DNA of 59,493 nt, filler included. It is 5 parts of 5 records of this genome, joined end to end, with 100 filler letters (N's around TTAATTAATTAA, not from the genome) between each part and the next. Parts side by side here need not be neighbours in the genome. Positions count along the whole stretch, not along the records: positions 14,972 to 43,807 come from DRR723986_31608; 4 more parts are not named here. One strand, 5' to 3'. This document shows positions 16,930 to 27,587 of this stretch, in pieces. The notes beneath the pieces were generated by a model. It searched no databases. It saw only the letters and a program-made list of their open reading frames with translations, and was not told the DNA's origin. Every line of letters starts with the position of its first letter. The first letter of the stretch is position 1. The position numbers were made by a program, and so were the translations under genes.

Positions 16930-18515
16930 AGTTGTTTTCAGAATTGATAAGCACCATAGAGATTACCAATAAAACCAATGCTAAGATTGATGCTTTGGTA
17001 CAGTACTTCAAAACTGCACCAGATAAAGACAAACTATGGTTTATAGCTCTATTTACAGGGAAACGACCATCAAGACCAGTTAAAACAACTTTAATGAAGG
17101 AATGGTGTATGGAACTCACGGATATTCCTGAGTGGTTGTTTCTAGAAAGTTATAGTACCGTTGGTGATTTAGGCGAAACGTTGGCCCTATTGTTACCAGA
17201 ACCAACACATCAATTGGATTTAAGTTTGAATGAATGGATGACGGAACTCAAAGCTTTAAAACCGAAATCTGATGAAGATAAGAAAACGTTTGTTTTAGAA
17301 GCTTGGACTGGACTTGACCAACAAGAACGACTCATTTTTAATAAGTTAATTGGTGGTAGTTTTAGAATTGGTGTTTCAAAAAAAAACTTGGTTAATGCCT
17401 TAGCAAAACTCACTGAAATAGATGCGAATCAGCTCATGCATAGCATTATTGGTAATTGGGATATCGACTCAATTTCATTTGAAGAATTGATTCATGGAAA
17501 ACATATCAATTACGATAATTCCAAACCATATCCCTTTTGTTTGGCCTATGCTTTAGAAAAGGAATTACAAGAGTTAGGCAAACCTAATGATTGGATTGTT
17601 GAACAAAAATGGGATGGTATTCGTGGGCAAATTGTAAAACGTAATAACGAAATATATATCTGGTCTCGTGGTGAAGAATTGGTGACTAAGCAATTTCCTG
17701 AATTAATTGAAGCTTTTGGCAACTTTAATGATGACTTCGTTATTGATGGTGAAATATTAGCCATGAAAAACAATGATGTTTTGCTGTTCAATGATTTGCA
17801 GAAGCGTCTAAATCGTAAGAACGTCACAAAGAAATTGTTAGAAGAGGTTCCTGTTGGCTTTAAAGCCTACGATATTCTTGAGTTTAATGGCGACGATATC
17901 AGAGAACAACCTTTTGAAAATAGACGAAAACGACTAGAAACTCTATTTAATTCAGTGGCTTTGCCCGAAGATGTCAAGCTATCATTTATAGTAGATTTTA
18001 AGGGATGGGAAGACCTTCATGACATACGGAATAATTCTAGAGCCATAAATAGCGAAGGTTTGATGTTAAAACAGAAGAAATCACCTTATCACACAGGTCG
18101 AAAAAAAGGCGACTGGTGGAAATGGAAGGTTGACCCATTAACGATCGACGCTGTAATGATTTACGCTCAAAAGGGTAGTGGTCGCCGAAGCAGTAAATAC
18201 ACAGATTATACCTTTGCCCTTAAGAAAGAGGATACTTTAGTTACAGTGGCTAAAGCCTATTCCGGATTAACAGACAAGGAAATCACTGAAATATCACAAT
18301 GGGTAAATAAGAATGCCATTGAAAGATTTGGGCCTGTTAGAACCGTAAAACCGGAATTGGTTTTTGAGATTGCTTTTGAAGGTATTGCTCTAAGTAATCG
18401 TCACAAATCTGGTGTTGCTTTGCGCTTTCCACGAATTGCTAGATGGCGAAAAGATAAACCTGCTAGCGAGATAGATACTATAGAAACCGTTAAACAACTA
18501 ATTACTACACCTTGA
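16926..18515 (+). CDS. ATP-dependent DNA ligase
   Basis: Motif I EQKWDGIR, DGEI, EGLMLK, WWKWK and LRFPR. Confidence 0.95.
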   Translation: MKLFSELISTIEITNKTNAKIDALVQYFKTAPDKDKLWFIALFTGKRPSRPVKTTLMKEWCMELTDIPEWLFLESYSTVGDLGETLALLLPEPTHQLDLSLNEWMTELKALKPKSDEDKKTFVLEAWTGLDQQERLIFNKLIGGSFRIGVSKKNLVNALAKLTEIDANQLMHSIIGNWDIDSISFEELIHGKHINYDNSKPYPFCLAYALEKELQELGKPNDWIVEQKWDGIRGQIVKRNNEIYIWSRGEELVTKQFPELIEAFGNFNDDFVIDGEILAMKNNDVLLFNDLQKRLNRKNVTKKLLEEVPVGFKAYDILEFNGDDIREQPFENRRKRLETLFNSVALPEDVKLSFIVDFKGWEDLHDIRNNSRAINSEGLMLKQKKSPYHTGRKKGDWWKWKVDPLTIDAVMIYAQKGSGRRSSKYTDYTFALKKEDTLVTVAKAYSGLTDKEITEISQWVNKNAIERFGPVRTVKPELVFEIAFEGIALSNRHKSGVALRFPRIARWRKDKPASEIDTIETVKQLITTP

Positions 18516-20965
18516 GCCAATTTAGAGACAGCGACGGTTTACGCATCATTAATAATTGGATGGCAGAAAAGGGACATGCACCTTTTCCATTTCAATTACA
18601 GACTTGGCAACGTTTTTCAAATGGCTATTCTGGAATGGTGGTAGCACCAACTGGATTTGGAAAGACATTTTCTGTTTTTCTAGCTGTAGTGATTGATTAT
18701 CTCAATCATCCAGAACGCTATCCGAAAGGTTTAAAATTATTGTGGATAAGTCCACTACGCTCGTTGGCAAAGGACTTAGCAAAAGCAATGACTGAAGCGG
18801 TTGAAGACATAGGTTTAGATTGGTCGGTGCAAGTTAGAAATGGAGATACACCAACTGCAACAAGACGCAAACAAGAACGCTTAATGCCAGATGTGTTACT
18901 CACAACACCAGAAACCATGCATTTGTTGTTCTCTCAGAAAAAAAATTCGAGATGGTTTAAGAGTGTAAGATGTGTTGTAATTGATGAGTGGCATGAGCTT
19001 ATTGGTAATAAACGTGGTGTTCTCACAGAACTAGCAATTTCTCAATTGAGACATTATTCATCTAAGGTTCAAATATGGGGAATCACGGCGACGATAGGAA
19101 ATCTTGAGGAAGCAAAGCACGTATTATTGCCATTTCCAAATCTTAAAGTCACACAGGTAACGGCAAAACAGAAGAAGAAATTGGACATCATTTCTGTGCT
19201 TCCAGATGAAATTGAAGTCTTGCCTTGGGCAGGCCATTTGGGTACTAAAATGGTTGATAAAATTCTACCAATCATAGCATCAAATACTACAACTCTGATA
19301 TTTACTAACACGAGAGGTCAAGCTGAATTGTGGTACCAAGTACTATTGAATGCACAACCTGACTTGGCTGGATTGTTGGCAATCCATCACGGATCCATAG
19401 ATAAAAAGTTACGTAACTGGATTGAAGATAATATTGCTTCAGGATATCTAAAGGCTGTGGTATGCACGTCATCTTTGGATTTAGGTGTGGATTTTAAACC
19501 GGTTGCTTGTGTGATACAGATTGGCTCAGTAAAAGGCATAGCGCGATTTATGCAACGCGCAGGCCGAAGTGGACATTCACCTTTTGAGCGTTCAAAAATT
19601 TACTTTGTACCAACGCATTCTTTAGAATTGGTGGAAGTTTCGGCATTAAAGGAAGCTATAAAAGAAAAGCAGATGGAATCTCGTGATCCTATGGTGTTGA
19701 CTTTTGATGTTTTAGTGCAGTTTATGGTGACCTTAGCTGTTGGTGAAGGGTTTGAGGCTGAGGCATTATATAAGCGTGTTAAACAAACTCATGCTTTCCA
19801 ATACTTAACTAAAGATGATTGGCAATGGTGCTTACATTTTATTACAAAAGGTGGTAAGACGCTACATTCTTATGAAGAATTCCATAAAGTCATTCTCGAT
19901 GAAGATGGAACATTAAAAGTAAAAAGCCGTCGTATTAGCATGCTTCATCGCATGAATATTGGCGCTATTGTGAGCGAAGTAAACTTGAAGGTGAAGTACT
20001 TTTCAGGCGGGTACATTGGTATGATTGAAGAGTTTTTTGTTTCAAAACTAAAGCCAGGTGAAAGTTTCATCTTGGCTGGACGAATTTTGGAATTGGTTCA
20101 GATTAAGGATATGACAGTTTTGGTAAGACGGAGTAAAGCAAAAAAAGCTGTGTCGCCAAGTTGGTTAGGTGGTCGTTTACCTTTGACATCTCATTTGAGT
20201 CATTATTTACGATTAAAATTGTCGGATGCTCTACAACCAGGACGATTAGAAAAGGAATTACGCTTTTTAAATCCATTGGTAAGCCGACAAAATGAACATT
20301 CGCACATACCAAAAGCGGATGAGTTTTTGGTTGAACTAATTGAAACTAAAGATGGCCATCATTTATTTATGTATCCATTTGAAGGTCGTTTGGTACACGA
20401 AGTGTTTTCAGCATTGATGGCATATCGTATTAGTAAGTTAACTCAAATTACATTTACAATTGCCATGAATGATTATGGCTTCGAATTATTGAGTGATCAA
20501 CCGATACCAATTTCAGAAGAAAATATTGAAACTTTATTGAGTAAGGACAATCTTATGGATGATGTCATTGCTAGCATAAATGCATCAGAAATGGCATCTC
20601 GTAAATTTAGGGATATAGCAGTAATAGCAGGTCTGGTTGTGCAATCCCAACCTGGAACACGGAAGAACAACAAAAGTCTACAGTCTTCTTCTGGACTTAT
20701 ATTTAGGGTTTTGGAAGACTATGAACCTGAGAATTTGTTATTGAGACAAGCTTATACGGAAGTATTTAACCAACAGTTAGAAGAAGCAAGGTTACAACAA
20801 GCATTTGAGCGTATTTCTAATAGTAAGATTATTGTTAAACATGCCAAGTCATTTACACCTTTGAGTTTTCCGCTTAAAGTCGATAGCCTACGAGGTACCA
20901 TGAGTAATGAGAATTTAGATAAGCGTATTCAGAGAATTAAAGAGCAAGCTTTTAAGGTTAATTAA
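18512..20965 (+). CDS. Ligase-associated DEXH-box (Lhr-core) helicase
   Basis: APTGFGKT, DEWH, SSLDLGVD and QRAGRSGH; TTG start overlaps the ligase stop. Confidence 0.92.
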   Translation: MSQFRDSDGLRIINNWMAEKGHAPFPFQLQTWQRFSNGYSGMVVAPTGFGKTFSVFLAVVIDYLNHPERYPKGLKLLWISPLRSLAKDLAKAMTEAVEDIGLDWSVQVRNGDTPTATRRKQERLMPDVLLTTPETMHLLFSQKKNSRWFKSVRCVVIDEWHELIGNKRGVLTELAISQLRHYSSKVQIWGITATIGNLEEAKHVLLPFPNLKVTQVTAKQKKKLDIISVLPDEIEVLPWAGHLGTKMVDKILPIIASNTTTLIFTNTRGQAELWYQVLLNAQPDLAGLLAIHHGSIDKKLRNWIEDNIASGYLKAVVCTSSLDLGVDFKPVACVIQIGSVKGIARFMQRAGRSGHSPFERSKIYFVPTHSLELVEVSALKEAIKEKQMESRDPMVLTFDVLVQFMVTLAVGEGFEAEALYKRVKQTHAFQYLTKDDWQWCLHFITKGGKTLHSYEEFHKVILDEDGTLKVKSRRISMLHRMNIGAIVSEVNLKVKYFSGGYIGMIEEFFVSKLKPGESFILAGRILELVQIKDMTVLVRRSKAKKAVSPSWLGGRLPLTSHLSHYLRLKLSDALQPGRLEKELRFLNPLVSRQNEHSHIPKADEFLVELIETKDGHHLFMYPFEGRLVHEVFSALMAYRISKLTQITFTIAMNDYGFELLSDQPIPISEENIETLLSKDNLMDDVIASINASEMASRKFRDIAVIAGLVVQSQPGTRKNNKSLQSSSGLIFRVLEDYEPENLLLRQAYTEVFNQQLEEARLQQAFERISNSKIIVKHAKSFTPLSFPLKVDSLRGTMSNENLDKRIQRIKEQAFKVN

Positions 20966-20966
20966 A

Positions 20967-21614
20967 TTGAAAATCGTAACTGAACATATTACCATCTTAA
21001 ACGAGGAGTTAATCCTAACCAATCAACGTGCTATCTATTGGAATAAGGAAAGTGCACTTATTCTATCAGATCTTCATATAGGTAAAACAGCTCATTTTAG
21101 ACGGCATGGTATTCCAATGCCAGATGACATTCTTCAAAAAGATTTATTAAGGTTAGAAGAGCTGATTTCTCATTTTGAAGTAAAAACAGTTTTGATAGTA
21201 GGTGATTTATTTCATGCAGAGACTAATACAGATATGAAAACCTTTAAAAAGTGGTTAGCACAATTCGAGGATTTATATTTAGTTTTAATTAAAGGAAACC
21301 ATGATAGATTATCTAAGAGTCTAATGGATGATTTCAAGATTCATACTACATTTAATTTAGCGATTGAACCATTTCTTTTTATCCATGAACATAACAAAAA
21401 TTATCAAGGAAAATTCACCATTTCTGGTCATACTCATCCTGGTGTAATGATAAAAGGTAAAGGCAAACAGAAGTTTAAGTTGCCATGTTATCAAATAACA
21501 TCAAATCAAATAATATTACCTGCATTTAGTTTATTTACAGGATTAAACACAAGAGATATTCCTAATGACGCACAATGTTATGCGTTTACAGATTCTTCTA
21601 TTTTTAAGTTTTAG
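20967..21614 (+). CDS. pdeM: Ligase-associated metallophosphoesterase/endonuclease PdeM
   Basis: SDLHIGK, VGDLFH, GNHD and SGHTHP calcineurin-like motifs; cluster context. Confidence 0.88.
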   Translation: MKIVTEHITILNEELILTNQRAIYWNKESALILSDLHIGKTAHFRRHGIPMPDDILQKDLLRLEELISHFEVKTVLIVGDLFHAETNTDMKTFKKWLAQFEDLYLVLIKGNHDRLSKSLMDDFKIHTTFNLAIEPFLFIHEHNKNYQGKFTISGHTHPGVMIKGKGKQKFKLPCYQITSNQIILPAFSLFTGLNTRDIPNDAQCYAFTDSSIFKF

Positions 21615-22782
21615 AACAGATTATGATAATCTTTTCATTGTTCAAATTTGTTGTAAAAAACAGATAGCTATCACCTCCATCTTTTATTTTCAATTTCTTC
21701 CTTAAATCACCTACAGATAGAGGGAAATTGCGAGTTGTAACATTAGCTTTTTTAATAGCTTCTTTAGTAAAGACTTTTTTATTAAATGGAATTATCTTTT
21801 TAATTTTAAAACGTCTTCCAGGAAACTTAATTAAATTTTTAGATGTGTATAAATGCGAATGTTTATGGAGTTTAGGAATATTTAATAACGTACTTACAAC
21901 ATTAAATGCGCCAGATTTTAATACTGCTGTATTAGGTTCGTAGAGATAGGTGAGTGGCAAGTTATAATTTGCTTGGGTGTTAGCTTCATCTTCAAAATTA
22001 AATTCAAATTCTTGCTGCTTAGATTTCGAAATATTAACAGTTTTAATTTTAAATTCAGAATTACAGTCACGTTCTAAAATCCACAGCAATTCTTTAACCT
22101 CGTTATTCACAGCAACGATATGCAATTCCTTAACATCCTTTAAATCACTTAAAGTAGCTTTGATATCTAAAAGTGGTGATGTTTTTATCATTACATGTTT
22201 GGCATACTTTAAAAATAAGCCCTGAAATGTTTTGACGTTAGGTATGCAATCAGAAAGTAAAAAGACTTTCTTTTTTGTGTCATCTCTTCGAGATGGATCT
22301 AAATAAATCCAATCAAATGTTTTATCGATACCTTTTAAGGCCTCAATACCATTTTCGTTGAGGCATTTTATATTGCCTACATTTAAAGACTCATAGTTGT
22401 GCTTTACAAGCATAGAAAGATTCGTGTTTATTTCACAATGAGTAACGTTTTCAACCCGATTTGAAAAATAATATGCGTCTACACCAAAACCACCTGTAAG
22501 GTCAATAAGTAAATTTCCAGAAACTAAACTTGCCTTATAATTTGCAGTTATTTCAGAAGACGTTTGTTCAATATTTAATTTATTCGGATAGTAAATATTT
22601 GGTGATTGAAACCAAGTAGGAAGTTTCTTTTCAGAACGCTTTTTAGCTTCAATTTGTTCAATGATTTCTTGCGAAGTAGCACCATCAAAACGTATTCCTT
22701 TTAATAATAAACCAGTAAGCTCAGATTTTAAATTTGAATTTATAAAATTCTGAATTTCGGTATTTAGAAGATATAAATTCAA
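21604..22782 (-). CDS. Class I SAM-dependent methyltransferase with C-terminal THUMP-like domain
   Basis: IDLTGGFGVD SAM motif, YLDPSRR, IKTSPLLD and YLYEPN. Confidence 0.85.
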   Translation of the reverse strand: MNLYLLNTEIQNFINSNLKSELTGLLLKGIRFDGATSQEIIEQIEAKKRSEKKLPTWFQSPNIYYPNKLNIEQTSSEITANYKASLVSGNLLIDLTGGFGVDAYYFSNRVENVTHCEINTNLSMLVKHNYESLNVGNIKCLNENGIEALKGIDKTFDWIYLDPSRRDDTKKKVFLLSDCIPNVKTFQGLFLKYAKHVMIKTSPLLDIKATLSDLKDVKELHIVAVNNEVKELLWILERDCNSEFKIKTVNISKSKQQEFEFNFEDEANTQANYNLPLTYLYEPNTAVLKSGAFNVVSTLLNIPKLHKHSHLYTSKNLIKFPGRRFKIKKIIPFNKKVFTKEAIKKANVTTRNFPLSVGDLRKKLKIKDGGDSYLFFTTNLNNEKIIIICSKT

Positions 22783-22794
22783 AATTACAGTCGA

Positions 22795-24258
22795 TTAGTC
22801 CTCTCCAATATGTTTCTTATAAAATTTCCAAACTTCCTTGGCAACGTTTCTTCCTAATTCTAATCCGGCCACATTATCTGCTTGTATGTGATAACCTCCT
22901 AAAACTCTTGAAATACCAGCCATTTCAGCAGTTTCAGTAAATGTCGGAAATTCTAATGTTATGGTGTCTCCTAAATTATTAGGTTCTGTCATCGCTCCAG
23001 CAACCAATTGTGCAGTGGAACCAAATTGATCACTACCAGTCCATATTTTCAATGCTTCGCCGCATCCTCCACTAATAGTACTATGCCCTGAAACATAACT
23101 TGGAAAGGGTGGGCATAAAAAGGTTTCTGGTGAGTAGGGTCTCCATTGCTTTCCATCAATTTCAACCATTCCTTTACCTTCTCCGCCCCAAGCTTTTATT
23201 TTTTGTTTATCGTAATATTCATGAACTAAAGCATACGGTCTGGCATAATCATAAAACATTTTTGAGTCCCAAGAGGCAATAAAAGCATCCATAGCTACAA
23301 CTTGATTATAAAAATACATTTTAACATCTTGGTCGAGCGTATGCTCATCTCTTCTAGATACATCTTGTGCAAACTTAAGCCAATGCCCCGCTTGCTGAAC
23401 TGATTGCGGGCCATCACGCATAAATTCTACTAAAGCTTTTTGATAATCCGTTAAATTTGCTTGCATATCAATGACCTCCTTAACTTCTCTCTCAAGTTGT
23501 TCAGAGCCTATCATTGGTGGTGGGCCTGGTCTAAATTGAGCTCCGGATGTTAAGGCAATAGGTATAACTTTATCCCAATAAGGAGTAAGGCATCCAGGTG
23601 CAAATTTTCCGCCTTTACCATCAGAAAAGTATTTTGGTTGCCAACGATTTGCATCAACATTACCGTCAGCAGAATTCACAGGCTCATATCCAACATAATT
23701 AAAATAGGCTTCTCCATTAGATCCTTCCTCTTCTCCATATTGATTTGCGCCATCTCCTATGCGTGCTTCAATAACTGCCTTCGCTGCCAAATTACCAATA
23801 CCAACAGGCGAATTTGGATCAAGGCTGTCATCATTAGGATCTAATCCCAATTCTGTCATAAAATTTGCAAATAGAAGTTTATCGGAAGAGTAGTACTCAT
23901 TCATTGCTCTAAATGCGGCATAGCTAATAGCAATTTCTTTATTTTCTAATGTCTGTTCTTTATTTGGCCTTCTTTCAACATTTGTTAAATATACTGGAAT
24001 CGCTTTTTCATCATAGCGTGACCAAGCATCAAATACAGCAACAAAAATCAACCCTAAATAACGTGATGTAATAGTTGGTCTTGGTTGAAAACGTTCTGTA
24101 TCGTTTGCGGTTGCGGTTAGGGCCATTTCACCCCATTTATAAGCCACATTATTTACACTAATAGGTTGAGAGTCAATTATGGTTTCATTTTTATTATTGT
24201 TTTGTTTACAACCAAAAATAAAAAGTGTACTAAATAGTATCAAGTAAAATTTTTTCAT
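22795..24258 (-). CDS. Vanadium-dependent haloperoxidase (PAP2 superfamily), lipoprotein
   Basis: K-x6-RP (KMFYDYARP), PPFPSYVSGHS and SR-x5-H (SRVLGGYH); lipobox IFG-C. Confidence 0.8.
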   Translation of the reverse strand: MKKFYLILFSTLFIFGCKQNNNKNETIIDSQPISVNNVAYKWGEMALTATANDTERFQPRPTITSRYLGLIFVAVFDAWSRYDEKAIPVYLTNVERRPNKEQTLENKEIAISYAAFRAMNEYYSSDKLLFANFMTELGLDPNDDSLDPNSPVGIGNLAAKAVIEARIGDGANQYGEEEGSNGEAYFNYVGYEPVNSADGNVDANRWQPKYFSDGKGGKFAPGCLTPYWDKVIPIALTSGAQFRPGPPPMIGSEQLEREVKEVIDMQANLTDYQKALVEFMRDGPQSVQQAGHWLKFAQDVSRRDEHTLDQDVKMYFYNQVVAMDAFIASWDSKMFYDYARPYALVHEYYDKQKIKAWGGEGKGMVEIDGKQWRPYSPETFLCPPFPSYVSGHSTISGGCGEALKIWTGSDQFGSTAQLVAGAMTEPNNLGDTITLEFPTFTETAEMAGISRVLGGYHIQADNVAGLELGRNVAKEVWKFYKKHIGED

Positions 24259-24276
24259 ATTTTATTTAGCAATTAT

Positions 24277-25365
24277 TTATAAACCTTTAGTTAATTTTTT
24301 AACAACTTTATACTCAGATAAAAATTCTTTTAATATCACCTTAATTGCTGTGTAGGTTGGTACAGCCACGATCATTCCAACGATACCAAAAAGTATTCCG
24401 GCGATGATAATTATTAAGAAAATTTCGAGTGGATGTGATTTCACACTTTTTGAAAATATAAACGGTTGACTGAAGAAATTATCGACCAATTGCGCTATAA
24501 TAAAACCAATCATAACATAGCTGGTTTTAGGTAAAATAACTTCACTAAAACTTTCACCTAAATTACTAGACATGCTTAGTAAAAGCATTAAGAAGCCACT
24601 AATTAAAGGTCCAACGTATGGTACTAAGTTTAACAATGCACATAAAAAGGCAATAACCACAGCATTATTTATATCAAAGATTAATAAGACAATAGTGTAG
24701 ATTACAAATAGGATTAGAATCTGAAAAATAAGTCCAACAAAATACCTAGAGAGTAAATCTTTAATCGTAGAAAAAGAACGTCTTGTTTTGGTTTCATTAC
24801 CACTTGGTATAAATGTCATTATGCCATTTTCAAAGAGCTGACTATCTTTTAGAAAGAAGAATGATATAAACAACACTGAGAACAAACCAATGCTAAAACT
24901 TCCTAGTCCACTTACCAGATTATTAAGAAACTCAGGGATATAAGCAAAATCTAATTTAGACAGTAAGCCAGAATCTTTTATAGACTGTTCTACATCTATA
25001 TTTTTAAATTCAAAATAGCTTACAATTTGATTGTACAAATCTTGAACATTACTCTGTAATTGTTCAATATCTAATAATGCTAGGTTTTGCCCTTGTTCTG
25101 CAACGAGTGGAATAAATAAACCAATTAATCCAATAAATAAACCAACAAATAAGACCATTGTCACCACAACAGCAATAGTATTATTAAATTTTAGTTTACG
25201 TCTTAAAAACAAAACGATAGGTCGTCCTACGAGTGAAATTACAGCAGCAACAGCAATATATACGATTACTGATTGTACTTTATAAAGAAAGAATAATATC
25301 AGAGCTATGGCTAAAAGAATACCAATTGCTCTTAAGATACCATTTGCAATTACTTTTGAATTCAT
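24277..25365 (-). CDS. AI-2E family transporter
   Basis: Multi-TM protein with NLVPYVGP, QLVDNFFSQP, HPLEI and GMIVAVP motifs. Confidence 0.9.
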   Translation of the reverse strand: MNSKVIANGILRAIGILLAIALILFFLYKVQSVIVYIAVAAVISLVGRPIVLFLRRKLKFNNTIAVVVTMVLFVGLFIGLIGLFIPLVAEQGQNLALLDIEQLQSNVQDLYNQIVSYFEFKNIDVEQSIKDSGLLSKLDFAYIPEFLNNLVSGLGSFSIGLFSVLFISFFFLKDSQLFENGIMTFIPSGNETKTRRSFSTIKDLLSRYFVGLIFQILILFVIYTIVLLIFDINNAVVIAFLCALLNLVPYVGPLISGFLMLLLSMSSNLGESFSEVILPKTSYVMIGFIIAQLVDNFFSQPFIFSKSVKSHPLEIFLIIIIAGILFGIVGMIVAVPTYTAIKVILKEFLSEYKVVKKLTKGL

Positions 25366-25390
25366 GGTTTAAATATAGCTAAATTATAAC

Positions 25391-25891
25391 TTAGGAATTT
25401 AACTGTTTTGTAATTTCATATAATGCAATACTTGCAGCAGTTACAACATTCATACTACTATTGTTGCCATACATATTTATATGAACTATGGAGTTACATT
25501 CTTTGAGGATGCTGTTATGTATACCATAATTTTCATTACCAATAATTAAAGCTATTGGTCCATTTTGTTTTAAATTTAGTGACTCAATAGGTTTACTTGT
25601 CTCAGTAATTTCTAGAGCAATTATTTGGTAAGATTTGAACTCTTTTAATATAGCAGCAACAGAATCTCTAACCTCAAATTCTACATATTTCTCAGTAGAT
25701 CGCGATGTTTTTGTCATGCGTTTACCAATAGGGATATCGGTGCCACAGAATATTAATTTTTCCACTCCCATAGCATCTGCAATTCGAAATAGACTGCCAA
25801 TATTAGGCGCGTTGGCTACGTTATCACAAACTAGTGTAATGGGATGTTTTTGCTTTGTAAAGTTACTATTGTAGTGAGTGAGTTGATTCAA
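25391..25891 (-). CDS. TrmH/SpoU family RNA methyltransferase
   Basis: PNIGSLFR, IIGNENYGI and SSMNV SPOUT motifs. Confidence 0.9.
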   Translation of the reverse strand: MNQLTHYNSNFTKQKHPITLVCDNVANAPNIGSLFRIADAMGVEKLIFCGTDIPIGKRMTKTSRSTEKYVEFEVRDSVAAILKEFKSYQIIALEITETSKPIESLNLKQNGPIALIIGNENYGIHNSILKECNSIVHINMYGNNSSMNVVTAASIALYEITKQLNS

Positions 25892-25893
25892 GA

Positions 25894-26226
25894 TTATTTA
25901 ACCATTGTTCTATTAAAAGTGCTCGATTTTTTCTTCATTATTGTCCAAAACCAAATAGGTATAGTAAAAGTCAACGTAGATATATAACCAAAATCCCAAA
26001 GTAAAATTGTTGCTATAATTGCTGCAATAAAACCAAATATTACAAGAGTGTAATCGTCATCGGCGTAAAGCCGATTAATATGCTTTTTCGTGAAATTACC
26101 ACAATGTTTACAGCGCTCATTAAATTCACTACTACCGCGCTCCATTAATAAACCATGTCTGTCATATGCCTTAGTCTTTATGGTATTATCTTTTTTACAA
26201 GAACTACAACGGAAACTTAATTTCAT
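25894..26226 (-). CDS. Hypothetical membrane protein with N-terminal zinc ribbon
   Basis: CSSC and CKHC pairs followed by two hydrophobic segments; tightly packed in the operon. Confidence 0.7.
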   Translation of the reverse strand: MKLSFRCSSCKKDNTIKTKAYDRHGLLMERGSSEFNERCKHCGNFTKKHINRLYADDDYTLVIFGFIAAIIATILLWDFGYISTLTFTIPIWFWTIMKKKSSTFNRTMVK

Positions 26227-26237
26227 GTTTAGTAAGT

Positions 26238-26879
26238 TTAATGTTCAAACGCATATTTCACAATATTGGCACCCATTTTAAGTGCTTTTTCTCTCACATC
26301 TTCTGGGTCGTTGTGTACTTCAGAATCTTCCCATCCGTCACCTAAATCACTTTCAAATGTAAATAGTAATATTAATCTGTCTTCGTGGAAAATTCCAAAT
26401 GCTTGCGGCGCTTTACCATCATGTTCATGAATTTTTGGTAAACCATTTGGAAAATTATAAGCTGAATTAAAAATCTCGTGATCTTTGGGAATTTCAATTA
26501 ATTCTTTATTTGGAAAAACCTTTTTCAACTCTTTGGTAATATAAGGCTCCATACCATAGTTATCATCTATATGAAGAAATCCACCAGAGATTAGATATTT
26601 TCTTAGGTTTTCAGAATCATCTTCACTAAAAAATACGTTGCCATGACCTGTCATATGTAATAATGGAAATTGAAATATATCTATACTACCAACTTCTACG
26701 GTTTGTATGTTCTCATTAATGTTGGTATCTATATTATCATTGCAATATTTTACGAGGTTAGGTAATGCTGTTGGGTTACTATACCAATCACCACCACCTT
26801 TATATTTTAGTATTGCCACGTCTTGCGAGCTTGATACTAAAAAGAACATTAAAAAAAATAGAGAAAATAGAGCTTTCAT
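26238..26879 (-). CDS. DUF4159 domain protein
   Basis: GGGDWYSNP, HMTGHG, GGFLHIDDNYG and DLGDGWED. Confidence 0.85.
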   Translation of the reverse strand: MKALFSLFFLMFFLVSSSQDVAILKYKGGGDWYSNPTALPNLVKYCNDNIDTNINENIQTVEVGSIDIFQFPLLHMTGHGNVFFSEDDSENLRKYLISGGFLHIDDNYGMEPYITKELKKVFPNKELIEIPKDHEIFNSAYNFPNGLPKIHEHDGKAPQAFGIFHEDRLILLFTFESDLGDGWEDSEVHNDPEDVREKALKMGANIVKYAFEH

Positions 26880-26882
26880 AGG

Positions 26883-27587
26883 TTATTCATTAATAAACGC
26901 AACCGAGTGACAGGCAACTATAGCAGCTGTTTCTGTGCGTAATCGAGACTTACCCAAAGTTACAGGAATAAAATTATGATGCAAAGCTATTTCAATTTCT
27001 TTAACGCTAAAATCGCCTTCTGGTCCAATAAGTATGACACAGTCAGAGTTTAATTGCAATTGCGACTTTAATGATTTGCGGTCAGTGTCCTCACAATGAG
27101 CGATGAATTTTTGTACAGCAAATTTTTGTTTTATAAAATCAGAGAATGATATGGCAGAGTTTAATTTCGGTAAATAACAAGATAAAGATTGCTTCATTGC
27201 AGACTGAATAATCTTCTCAAATCGCTCTTGTTTTATCACTTTTCGTTCACTATGGTCACAAATAATTGGTGTAATTTCTTCAACACCTATTTCAGTTGCC
27301 TTTTCTAAAAACCATTCGTAACGATCATTCATTTTAGTCGGTGCCACAACTAAATTTAAATTAAAATCTCGCTTTTCCTGTTTGCTTTTTGAAGTGATAG
27401 TAACTGAACATTGCTTTGAATTCACAAACGTTAATTCTGCATTAAATAACCAACCTTTACCATTAGTGAGTTGTAACTGATCACCAACTTTTTTTCGCAA
27501 TACTTTTACAATGTGTCTACTTTCATCTTTATCAAAACTAAATGATGCATTGTTTTCAGAGATTTCAGGACTAAAGAATAACTGCAT
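26883..27587 (-). CDS. rsmE: 16S rRNA (uracil1498-N3)-methyltransferase
   Basis: HIVKVLR, EKATEIGV, IGPEGDFS and LRTETAA. Confidence 0.95.
   Translation of the reverse strand: MQLFFSPEISENNASFSFDKDESRHIVKVLRKKVGDQLQLTNGKGWLFNAELTFVNSKQCSVTITSKSKQEKRDFNLNLVVAPTKMNDRYEWFLEKATEIGVEEITPIICDHSERKVIKQERFEKIIQSAMKQSLSCYLPKLNSAISFSDFIKQKFAVQKFIAHCEDTDRKSLKSQLQLNSDCVILIGPEGDFSVKEIEIALHHNFIPVTLGKSRLRTETAAIVACHSVAFINE

Noticed and set aside
16926..18515. NHEJ LigD system
   Set aside because: No polymerase or phosphoesterase domain and no Ku; the context is the exo-Lhr-PdeM cluster.
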